A stretch of 62,524 bases of DNA from Pseudoalteromonas sp. (GTDB lineage: Bacteria; Pseudomonadota; Gammaproteobacteria; Enterobacterales; Alteromonadaceae), in NCBI RefSeq assembly GCF_041613455.1, contig NZ_JBFJHD010000001.1, positions 1 to 62,524 of the forward strand. Reading direction: 5' to 3'. Shown here in pieces: positions 38,817-47,785 of this stretch. The translations under genes were made by a program, and so were the position numbers. The notes below the pieces were generated by a model, which was not told the DNA's origin, searched no databases, and saw only the letters and a list, made by a program, of their open reading frames with translations. The number at the start of each line of letters is the position of its first letter. Position 1 is the first letter of the stretch.

Positions 38817-38857
38817 AGCTAACAGTATGATTAGTTAGCTATTGTTGTGACTAAGTA

Positions 38858-40342
38858 TTAATCGCTTAGCCCTTGTCTTTCCCATACCTTAGATTTGAAG
38901 GTCATCAGTACTAAGATAATACCCACGCCGATACTAAATAGTGCTATTTGTAAGTAAAGGTTAGGAATTTCATCTACGTTATTAGGATCAAAGCCGCCTG
39001 CTAGCAGACCCGCAATAATATTACCGATTGAATAGGTTAATACAAATACGCCCATCATTTGTCCTGAGAAGCGTCTTGGTGATAACTTGCTCACTGCGCT
39101 GAGTGCCACAGGGCTTAAACAAAGCTCACCCACGGTGTGTAAAAAGTAAGTTGTAACCAGCCAGTAAGGAGCAACTTTTAGTCCTTCTGCAGCATAATGC
39201 GCAGCCATAAACATCACCAAAAAGCCAGTAGCCATGATGATTAAGCCTACCGCACATTTAGCGCTGTAAGAAGGCGATACAAGGCGCTTTGACATGTTGA
39301 TCCATAGCGCAGCAAAGAAAGGTGATAAAACAATAATAAAGATAGAGTTTAGTGATTGGAACCAAGCTGTTGGGATCTCAAACGTGCCAACAAAGCGGTC
39401 AGTATAATCACGGGCAAATAAATTTAAAGAAGAGCCCGCTTGCTCAAAACCAGACCAAAAACACGCAGAGGCAATACAGACTAAAAATAATGCCCACATT
39501 CTCTTTTTTTCAGCATCAGTTAGTTCACCACGGAAATAAATAGCGCCAAAGTAGGCAAAGAAGATAATAGTAAAAGCAACAGCCACATAGCCGGCAATAA
39601 CCACAGGGTTAATCACCAGGTGACCGGTAAGCGTGGCAGTGGTAATTGCAGCAGTCGTAATGACAAAGGCGGCAATTGCACCCCAAGTACGCGTTGTCGC
39701 TCTAGGGCTTAATGGGTTAGCCGGTTTTGCACTATGATCAGGTAGGTTCTTAAGTGAAAAATGGTATTGAATTAAGCCTAACCCCATACCTACGGCAGCG
39801 GCGCCAAATGCCCAGTGCCAGCCAACATTTTCCATGAAGTAGCCACACACGTAATAACCTATGATAGAGCCTAAGTTAATCCCCATGTAGTAAATAGCAT
39901 AACCACCATCACGGCGCTCATCGGCATCACTATATAGCTGACCCACCATGGCACTAATATTCGGTTTTAGTAAACCGGTACCAGTAGCAACAAAAATCAA
40001 ACCGATAAAGAATGAGTAGTCGTGAGGAATGGCCAAAATGATATGACCACACATAATAATAATACCGCCATACCATACTGCTTTTTGGCCACCAAATAAG
40101 CGGTCAGCAAGCCAACCCCCAGGTAAACCTAAAAAGTATACTGCACCGGTATACAAACCATAAATAGCGGCTGCAGAAGCGACCGTAAAACCAAGACCTT
40201 CTTGTTGTAAACTCGCGGTCATAAATAAAACGAGCAACGCTCGCATACCGTAATAACTCATTCTTTCCCACATTTCAGTGAAAAATAGCGTGGAAAGTCC
40301 TTTAGGGTGGCCAAAAAAGCCACTATCTGGAGCTGAACTCAT
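38858..40342 (-). CDS. Proton-dependent oligopeptide transporter (POT/DtpT-like)
   Basis: FTEMWERMSYYGM (ExxERFxYY motif), GTGLLKPN, YYMGINLG, GELCLSP. Confidence 0.94.
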   Translation of the reverse strand: MSSAPDSGFFGHPKGLSTLFFTEMWERMSYYGMRALLVLFMTASLQQEGLGFTVASAAAIYGLYTGAVYFLGLPGGWLADRLFGGQKAVWYGGIIIMCGHIILAIPHDYSFFIGLIFVATGTGLLKPNISAMVGQLYSDADERRDGGYAIYYMGINLGSIIGYYVCGYFMENVGWHWAFGAAAVGMGLGLIQYHFSLKNLPDHSAKPANPLSPRATTRTWGAIAAFVITTAAITTATLTGHLVINPVVIAGYVAVAFTIIFFAYFGAIYFRGELTDAEKKRMWALFLVCIASACFWSGFEQAGSSLNLFARDYTDRFVGTFEIPTAWFQSLNSIFIIVLSPFFAALWINMSKRLVSPSYSAKCAVGLIIMATGFLVMFMAAHYAAEGLKVAPYWLVTTYFLHTVGELCLSPVALSAVSKLSPRRFSGQMMGVFVLTYSIGNIIAGLLAGGFDPNNVDEIPNLYLQIALFSIGVGIILVLMTFKSKVWERQGLSD

Positions 40343-40565
40343 ATTTACTTCCTAACTTTAAGTATTGTTATGATGATGTTATATATTTTTTCTGTCGCTA
40401 TTTAACGCGTTGATTATTCGTTAAATGCTGGATCATCAGTAGTGTATAATGTAGCTAAGGTAATGGTTTGCTGTATGGTTTTTGTTACCAAAAGGTTAGA
40501 GTCACACCCTTATCCTAGCTACAATTGGCCTCAAGTATACATATACCTTACAGTCAGGGGAAGTA

Positions 40566-40595
40566 TTGCGCGGTGACTCACTGTGTACCGCGCAA
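40566..40595. terminator. Hairpin at end of bcsC
   Basis: ttgcgcggt...accgcgcaa. Confidence 0.6.
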
Positions 40596-40599
40596 CGTA

Positions 40600-43500
40600 T
40601 TAAAAGTCAGCGTAAGGAATTATTGGGGTACCAGGAAATTCTAATCTGCCGTACACCGGGTTAAAATAGTAGCGCAGATAAAGCTGGCCAAAATTGGGCT
40701 GGTAAAAATCAGCACGATCTATAGAGAGGTAGCCACCGAAAAACCAATGTGGAGTGACGCGGTACTCAAAGCTTGCCCCTAAGTTGTAAGACACACCGCT
40801 ACTGGTGCCGCCCTCAAAAACAGGGCTAACACCGGTTATAGGTTCTCTATTGTATGCCGCTATTTGTAAGTCCCGATCATTAGGGAAAAAGTCGATACTG
40901 TGAGTTTTGGTAGTTGACACGCCAACACCGGCCCTGAGTCGATAAACAAAATCGTCTCCCCAGCGCGCGTCATAACTTAATGGCAGAGACAAGCCAATAT
41001 AGTTCTGTGGGCTGTAATAGCCGCCGTGTCCATATGTTTCTTCGCTTAAATTAAATTTATACGCCCAATGCAATACGCTGGCACCCACAGTAAACTCACG
41101 CTGTTGATTGCTAATGACGCGATAATAACTGCCGCCCATAAGGCGGTAACGCTGGTTATCTTTAACATTTTGGCCATTATAGAGTTGGAAGTCGGCACTT
41201 GACCAAAAGCCCCAATCGCCGCCTAAGTCATGAGACACGTTCAAACTTAACCCGGTTGAACGCACGCCGCCCCATACCTCTCCAGTTTTAATGTCGGTGA
41301 GTCCCGCATAAGACAGTACCGAGCTGGTCACTGGGCGTTTTTCAAGTTCAAATCGATAGCCAAAATCACCTAGCTTGTTGTTATAATTAATACCCCAGAC
41401 AATGTCTTCTACTAAAAATCCCAGTGGCGTGGTGCCGATATCAAAGCGCCAGTTATCATTTTGCCAACCTAGGCCAATATCAATACCACTTTGCTCTGGC
41501 GTTATCTCGCCCGAGCAGCTGTCAAAAATACACAGTGCACCTTGCCCGTAGCGACTGCCGGCAAATTGCTCATCAAAACGGGTTGTTTGTGCGCTCACCC
41601 TCGTGGGATCTAGTTTTACAAAACCTTGGCCTTGCCAAAGGGGAAAGTAAGCCTCAATCGGCACTTGTCCAGCGCCAAGGGTAGCCTCGCTGGCAGTACT
41701 GGTTTGACCGCTAAAGTTAACCCCAACGGCAATATACGCTTGGTTTTGCTGTTGTTGGTTGATTAACGCGCGCTTAGCACCGTTGATATACCACGCATCC
41801 TGCTCATCGAGTTGCGCTAAACTGGCGTACAATTGCTGCTCAGTAAGTGTTTGCTGTGGCGCTAACGTTTGTTGATACCAGGTTGTTGCTTGTTGTTGCT
41901 GGTCAAACTGCTCTGCAAGCTGCGCGGCTAAATAACGTAGCTGTTGATCATTGGGCGATATATCTATTAGTTGTTGTGCGAGAAACAGCGCGTCATCAGC
42001 GGTATTAAATTCGTTTAACGCGGTCATCATTTGCTGTTGCAAATAACCTTGTTGAGCATCCGTTTGGTTAATTGCTTGCAGCATTACGTTTGTTGCCGCG
42101 GTATCATCACCTAGCGCCTGATAAGCTGTTGCAATAGTCATTAACGCTTGCGGTTCAATTACTTGATTATTATGTAACTTTTGCTGATACAAAATAATTG
42201 CAGCTTGGTGGTGGCCAAGTGCTACATTCGCGTTGAGCAGTGCCGTGGTTGTGGTGGCGTTGTGTTTATAGCGTTGATCGAGTTGATTTAATTTCGCTAT
42301 TAAATCATCGCCACGGTAATACTGCTGAATATAAGCAGTGCGTAATTGTACATACTGGTTAATGTCACTTGCAGATGCATCTTCGGGTAATTGATAGTCA
42401 CTGAGCCATTGCTCGGTGCTGGTTTTATCACCTTGGTTAAGTAACCACTGGCCATACAAAATGTGCCAGTAGGGAGCAAGGCTGGGCGCTGTAGTCAAGG
42501 CGCGATTAAGATGCGTTAACGCTCGCTGATGCTCATCTATTTGATACCAGTTACTGGCTAGTTTTGCACGCATTAAGGGGGTTAACGGCTGCGCTTCTAA
42601 ATTAGTGAGCTGATAAATCGCAGTACTTTTTTGTTGGGCGGTTAAATGCCGCTCGCTTTGTGCCAGAGCTTGATTGATTTTTAACTGCTGCTCAAGGTTT
42701 ATAACCTGCTCATCTCTGTCTTTAAAAGGGATATAATCAAGGGTTGTGAGTGCACCCTCATAATCATCAATAGTGCGTAAAAATAACGCGTGACTATAGC
42801 GCAGTTGCGCGTTCAGTGGGTACTGCCAAAGTACATTATTATACACGCTGCGCGCTTGCTCAGTTAAGCCTTGTTGTTGATAAACTAAGGCTAAATCATA
42901 ATACAACCAAGGCTGTTCGGGTGCGAGTGAAATAGCCTGCTTGAGGGTGTTTTCGGCATTAGCAACATCCCCCAGGTTATAATAATCGTTGGCTTTATCT
43001 CTAAGATTGCTCGCCATCGCCGTGCGATAATCGGCTGCAACTACTTGTTTTTGTGCTGCTGTTAGGCCAGCATAAAATGCAGTTAATGATTGTTCACTGT
43101 TATCGAGTTTAACAATATTGAGTAAGCCGGTGAGGGCACTGCTATTGAGTGGTTGGTCATTTAATATTTGTTGGTAGATGCGTGCTGCTTGCGCATAGTG
43201 CCCCTGCGAATACAGCACGAAACCACGGTGATATAACACCGTATTTGGGTCTTCTTGCAGCGCATCCGCTAAGTTAAGTTGCAACTGGGCAGCATGATAA
43301 TCATCGGCAGCTATTGCTTGTTTGGCTTCGCGAATGTATAACCAAAACTTCGCTGTTTTGGCTAACCCTTTTAATACCTCGCGCTCGTTGAAATCTACAG
43401 CCTGTTTTTGTGCATTGCTAAAATAGCGGTGGGCTGTTTCATGCTCACCTAAACGTAAATACAGTGTACCTAAGCTGCGCATAATAGCGCTATCTGTGGG

Positions 43501-44418
43501 GCGGCTTTGCAGCGCTTTTAACAACAGCGGCTCAGCGGCTTTAAATTTATTCTCTGTTACCAGTTTGTCGCCACGTAACCAAAGTTGGTAGCCCGGATCG
43601 GCCAGTAATTGTTGTTGAGCAAGCAGGGCTTGTTTAAAGTTTTGAAACTGTAAACTGCCTTTACTACTAAACGGATAAACAGTGAAATAATGCTGGTATT
43701 GTTGTTCAGTACTGCGCGCCACCGGCATGTTTTTGAGGGTGTTTAGCCAAAGCCCTTCTACTTCATTAGAGAAGCGCGATGTTGTGCCATATTTACTCAA
43801 TATATCAATTGCTTGTTTATCACTGTTATCACGTCTAAGTAAATGACGTGCGTGGGCGATGGCTATTTCTCCGACCCCAGGGTAGCGTTTAAATAGTTGT
43901 GTATAGCGTTTATTAACAGGCTGCCAGTGCGTGCTGTCTTGTGCGTACCAACTTAAGTGTTCTAACTCATAATTGAGGCTCGGGTAACCTTGCTTGAATA
44001 ACCGTGTATATATAGTACTTGCTTGCAGGTACTGGCCTGCCCGTGCTAATAACTTTGCGCGCTGCACTTCGGCCTGACTCTGACCTGTTATATTGGCAAT
44101 AAGCTGCAATTGAGCAATACACGCTTGCGTTGAAGTTGTTTGTTCAAGCAGGTTGGTTAATAGCTGCTCGGCTTTAACTATGGCGTCGTTATTAAAATAA
44201 TAGCGGGCTAATGCGCATTGCGTTTCGATATGCTGAGGGGCAACGGCTAACAACTTTTGCAAACTGTCTGCTACAAGTTGTTTATTTTGCTGCACTTCAC
44301 CAATATTTATTTGGCTCAGCAGCCAGCTAACTGACTCACTATCAAGGTCGTTTACTGTTTTGGCCGCTAACAACGGGCTGATTGTTAACGCACAAACCAC
44401 TGCCAATCTTAGCGGCAT
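40600..44418 (-). CDS. bcsC: Cellulose export TPR/outer-membrane protein BcsC
   Basis: Signal peptide, TPR repeats, DIGTTPLGF, RPVTSSVLSYAG, GHGGYYSPQ barrel motifs. Confidence 0.93.
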   Translation of the reverse strand: MPLRLAVVCALTISPLLAAKTVNDLDSESVSWLLSQINIGEVQQNKQLVADSLQKLLAVAPQHIETQCALARYYFNNDAIVKAEQLLTNLLEQTTSTQACIAQLQLIANITGQSQAEVQRAKLLARAGQYLQASTIYTRLFKQGYPSLNYELEHLSWYAQDSTHWQPVNKRYTQLFKRYPGVGEIAIAHARHLLRRDNSDKQAIDILSKYGTTSRFSNEVEGLWLNTLKNMPVARSTEQQYQHYFTVYPFSSKGSLQFQNFKQALLAQQQLLADPGYQLWLRGDKLVTENKFKAAEPLLLKALQSRPTDSAIMRSLGTLYLRLGEHETAHRYFSNAQKQAVDFNEREVLKGLAKTAKFWLYIREAKQAIAADDYHAAQLQLNLADALQEDPNTVLYHRGFVLYSQGHYAQAARIYQQILNDQPLNSSALTGLLNIVKLDNSEQSLTAFYAGLTAAQKQVVAADYRTAMASNLRDKANDYYNLGDVANAENTLKQAISLAPEQPWLYYDLALVYQQQGLTEQARSVYNNVLWQYPLNAQLRYSHALFLRTIDDYEGALTTLDYIPFKDRDEQVINLEQQLKINQALAQSERHLTAQQKSTAIYQLTNLEAQPLTPLMRAKLASNWYQIDEHQRALTHLNRALTTAPSLAPYWHILYGQWLLNQGDKTSTEQWLSDYQLPEDASASDINQYVQLRTAYIQQYYRGDDLIAKLNQLDQRYKHNATTTTALLNANVALGHHQAAIILYQQKLHNNQVIEPQALMTIATAYQALGDDTAATNVMLQAINQTDAQQGYLQQQMMTALNEFNTADDALFLAQQLIDISPNDQQLRYLAAQLAEQFDQQQQATTWYQQTLAPQQTLTEQQLYASLAQLDEQDAWYINGAKRALINQQQQNQAYIAVGVNFSGQTSTASEATLGAGQVPIEAYFPLWQGQGFVKLDPTRVSAQTTRFDEQFAGSRYGQGALCIFDSCSGEITPEQSGIDIGLGWQNDNWRFDIGTTPLGFLVEDIVWGINYNNKLGDFGYRFELEKRPVTSSVLSYAGLTDIKTGEVWGGVRSTGLSLNVSHDLGGDWGFWSSADFQLYNGQNVKDNQRYRLMGGSYYRVISNQQREFTVGASVLHWAYKFNLSEETYGHGGYYSPQNYIGLSLPLSYDARWGDDFVYRLRAGVGVSTTKTHSIDFFPNDRDLQIAAYNREPITGVSPVFEGGTSSGVSYNLGASFEYRVTPHWFFGGYLSIDRADFYQPNFGQLYLRYYFNPVYGRLEFPGTPIIPYADF

Positions 44419-45536
44419 TCAGTGCTCCATGCAGGTTGCAGGGTCCCGTTAATTGACATAGTAAACCGCTTACTAATACTGCCATTAGCAAATAAATTTA
44501 ACACACTGTCGTAATAACGGGTTTGACTAAACGAGTTATCTACCATCAGCTGTTGCTGAATCGCCATTTGGGTTTCATTATGCCCTTGAGTTGCTAAAAG
44601 TGGCAATAATGCCGCTTGGAAACCCGCAGGGCCCTTGTTGTTATCAACCTTGCCTGTTTTAGCATAACTGTTTAAGGGCACATAACCGCGTTGCTGAACG
44701 CTATTAATAAACGGTGAAAACTGGGTAATAAGTTGTTTTTTATAGGGCGCGTTATCTGCCATCATTGCTGCCCATAAATAAACTCTAATGGCATTATAGC
44801 TCCCTAAATCAGAGGTGTTTTTATCAAAGTAAAAACCGCTATTCGCATCATACATCACCCAGTCCGGCGAGACACCGTGTGGGCTGGTTGCAATTAATAA
44901 TTCAGCAGAATTATCATGCAGTTGTTGCCAAGGGCTATGCGGATAAAGCTGACTAAATTGCTGGTAAATAAACAGTGGTGAATAGCTTGGGTTTAGCTTA
45001 AAGCGAGCATCAGCAAATTCAAAGCCGCGAGGTCCCGGCAGTAAAGATAAGCCTAAACCCGGTATATACGCGGTTTCTTCACGCATGATCCGCTGTGCCA
45101 ACACGGCAGCTAACACACTGTAGCGACGCTCGCCCCACAGTAAAGCCGCTTGCGATAAGCTATACGCAATCCATAAATCAGAGTCTGACGCTGGAGTTGA
45201 GTCTAAAATACCCGCCGTGTTGTCGTTATTAATTCCCCACTGCCATGCGGGAAGTCGAGTGCTTAAATCACCTTCCGCTAAATGTGTTTGCGTCCAGTTT
45301 AATACTCGGTCAAACGTGACTTTGTCGTTGGCAACTAAGGCAAAAAATAGCGCATAAGACTGCCCCTCAGAGGTGGTGATCTGCTGCTTACTGCCCAAGT
45401 CGATTACTCTGCCATCTTTGCTAATAAAGTGGCTTTTAAATGTGTGCCATTGTTGCCAGGGGGAGCACTGCTGCGCCTTGAGCATGGGTGAAAACACCAG
45501 TACCACAAGGAGTAGTTTAAATATTAATAACTTCAT
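44409..45536 (-). CDS. bcsZ: GH8 endoglucanase BcsZ
   Basis: ITTSEGQSYALFFAL, ASDSDLWIA, NPSY, SYNAIRVYLW. Confidence 0.95.
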   Translation of the reverse strand: MKLLIFKLLLVVLVFSPMLKAQQCSPWQQWHTFKSHFISKDGRVIDLGSKQQITTSEGQSYALFFALVANDKVTFDRVLNWTQTHLAEGDLSTRLPAWQWGINNDNTAGILDSTPASDSDLWIAYSLSQAALLWGERRYSVLAAVLAQRIMREETAYIPGLGLSLLPGPRGFEFADARFKLNPSYSPLFIYQQFSQLYPHSPWQQLHDNSAELLIATSPHGVSPDWVMYDANSGFYFDKNTSDLGSYNAIRVYLWAAMMADNAPYKKQLITQFSPFINSVQQRGYVPLNSYAKTGKVDNNKGPAGFQAALLPLLATQGHNETQMAIQQQLMVDNSFSQTRYYDSVLNLFANGSISKRFTMSINGTLQPAWSTECR

Positions 45537-47785
45537 TACTTATCTCCTTCAGCTAAGCGTTTATGGGTGAGTGCTTTAAGTAAACGCCATATTATAAATG
45601 ACACAAGTATCAAGGTAAGAATCGATAACAGCGCTAATATATAAGGGTGATCAGACAGATGGAACCACACTAATGTATGCACCGGAATTTGACCCACATA
45701 GTATTGTTTGTCTGTTTTTATAGTATTAATCGTTTGCTTGGTGATCACCGCTGCACTGCCTTTTATTTGGTTTAAGCGTTGTGGATCAGTTAATGCGTTG
45801 CCTAATAAAGCAAACGTTCTATTGGAAGTTGCCGTTAATGAAACAATGGAACGCTCAGCGTCAAAAGGAGATTGAAAGCCGGTAATAACCGCTAAATCAC
45901 CTCGACTTGTGACATTTACCGTCACTTTTTCAGTAACTTCATTATCATAAGCCCCGTTATATATTGCTTCAGTGATAGCTCGTTGCTGATTACTTAACAG
46001 CACGTTGGTGGTGTCGTTGATTTCACCAATCGTATCAAATTGCTTGTTAGCAGGAGTAATAATAAGAATATCTTTATCGGCAAAGTGGGTGGCTTCGCTT
46101 AAGCGTTGTACCGTGAGCCGGTGACCTGGGTAACCGGTAATTGCGCCAAAGCGCGCCGTGAGGTTGAGTAATAACGTAATGGCTTCAGGACTTGGGTTGT
46201 CGTCAATGAGTAATAATGTTTGCTGCAGATCCGCATACTTAGTGAAAGGAAAACCACTGTTGGCGAATACATTTAAATCAGGCAGGGCGATATAATGGTG
46301 AAAACTGCTAGCATCTATTGTGGAGTTACCATCAATAATTCCGTATTCACCACCTGCGGGCACTGACGTACACTCTCCGGGTTTTACCCTACCAAACCTA
46401 AAATCAAACGCCAGCTCGTTACGTGCCGCCAAGTTAATCCCATTCACCGATACGTTTTCAATGTTTTGGGTTGTTTCGGTATTACCTAATAACGGCATAA
46501 ACGTTTTGGTTGCTTTAACCAAAGAGTCATCGTTATTAAGCAAGAAACCACTTATAAACTCTTGGTTTATTAGCATGTTTAAGCGAGAGTCTAAAATGAT
46601 ATTCTCGGGCGTATTACGGTATTGTAAGGTAATAGGTATGCCTTTTTCACGCCAAGTAAACAAGTCGGGTGCAAAGCGTACATTGAGCTTCACCGGCCCA
46701 TGTTGTAAGCCTTGTGCTTGCAGTTGGGTTGGGTAATCAAGCAGCTCATCAAAACTAACGGGACGGTCGCCTCTGAGCCAGCGCGGAGCATCATACGCTT
46801 TTCGTCGTGGCAATTTATTTATCGCCTCGATGCTAGCACTTCTGCCGGTCATTATTTTATGGCCAAATACCAAGCCGTTGACGGCCGCTTTTAGATCGGC
46901 TGTATCTCGACCTAAAATAAGTAACATTTTATTATAGCGGTTGATTGGACTAGAAATAATTTCAATTGTTGGCTTATCAACATCGGGATAATCAACTAAA
47001 AAGTCTGGTTTACTGTCGTTGGTAACAAACACCACGCTGTGGCTGTCTGCGCTAGTATTTAGCAGCAGCGGGAATTGCGCGCCACGCCAATCTGCTTTTG
47101 CGCCAAACCAACTAGATAAAGTGGCTGCGGCTTCAATCGCCTCATTATTTGGGGGCTGCGCAAATACAAATGGCAGCGTTAATTTATCGTAACTTTTACT
47201 ATCAAAAAACGGTGCTGGTAAATACTCAAGTAAGCTATCTATGGCTAATGCTGTTTGATCAAGCGTAATATGACTCGATTTACTGATCTCAGTCCAAATA
47301 GCGCGATTATGGTAATCATGACAAGTTAAATCATAATAGCCGACTAATTCAAAGCGGATTTGATTATAGTCTTTGATGTATTTAGCGTTTAGTTTAATAC
47401 GGTGAGAAACGGTATTTTCAACCATACTTAACTGCTTATTGATTGGTAATACGGTCACTAAATTCTCATTAAAGTAGAGTTTTAAATGCGACACATGGCT
47501 AAGTAATGAAGGAGAGTTTGTATACGAAAAATTCAGCATTAAATTTTTGCTGATTTTATCTACAGGGTTAGTAAAATCGACGCGCGAATTATTATTGATG
47601 CCATCTAATTTATAGCCATTAAATCCCAGTGCACTAAAGTCTAAACGTAAGCTTGAAACCGGAGCGCGCTCAGGGTAGCCATTGTTAAATATAGACTTAT
47701 CGGACAAAGGTTCGGTTGCAATTGCTTGCCACACGAAACTAATTAGTAAAAATGTAACAACGGTATTAAGCCATGTTTTAATCAT
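45536..47785 (-). CDS. bcsB: Cellulose synthase subunit BcsB
   Basis: Signal peptide, R.AYDAPRW, LPDLNVFANSGFPFT, C-terminal TM. Confidence 0.93.
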   Translation of the reverse strand: MIKTWLNTVVTFLLISFVWQAIATEPLSDKSIFNNGYPERAPVSSLRLDFSALGFNGYKLDGINNNSRVDFTNPVDKISKNLMLNFSYTNSPSLLSHVSHLKLYFNENLVTVLPINKQLSMVENTVSHRIKLNAKYIKDYNQIRFELVGYYDLTCHDYHNRAIWTEISKSSHITLDQTALAIDSLLEYLPAPFFDSKSYDKLTLPFVFAQPPNNEAIEAAATLSSWFGAKADWRGAQFPLLLNTSADSHSVVFVTNDSKPDFLVDYPDVDKPTIEIISSPINRYNKMLLILGRDTADLKAAVNGLVFGHKIMTGRSASIEAINKLPRRKAYDAPRWLRGDRPVSFDELLDYPTQLQAQGLQHGPVKLNVRFAPDLFTWREKGIPITLQYRNTPENIILDSRLNMLINQEFISGFLLNNDDSLVKATKTFMPLLGNTETTQNIENVSVNGINLAARNELAFDFRFGRVKPGECTSVPAGGEYGIIDGNSTIDASSFHHYIALPDLNVFANSGFPFTKYADLQQTLLLIDDNPSPEAITLLLNLTARFGAITGYPGHRLTVQRLSEATHFADKDILIITPANKQFDTIGEINDTTNVLLSNQQRAITEAIYNGAYDNEVTEKVTVNVTSRGDLAVITGFQSPFDAERSIVSLTATSNRTFALLGNALTDPQRLNQIKGSAAVITKQTINTIKTDKQYYVGQIPVHTLVWFHLSDHPYILALLSILTLILVSFIIWRLLKALTHKRLAEGDK

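Noticed and set aside
41700-44300. Gln-rich and repetitive stretches in bcsC
   Set aside because: Explained by TPR repeats; not a DNA repeat array.
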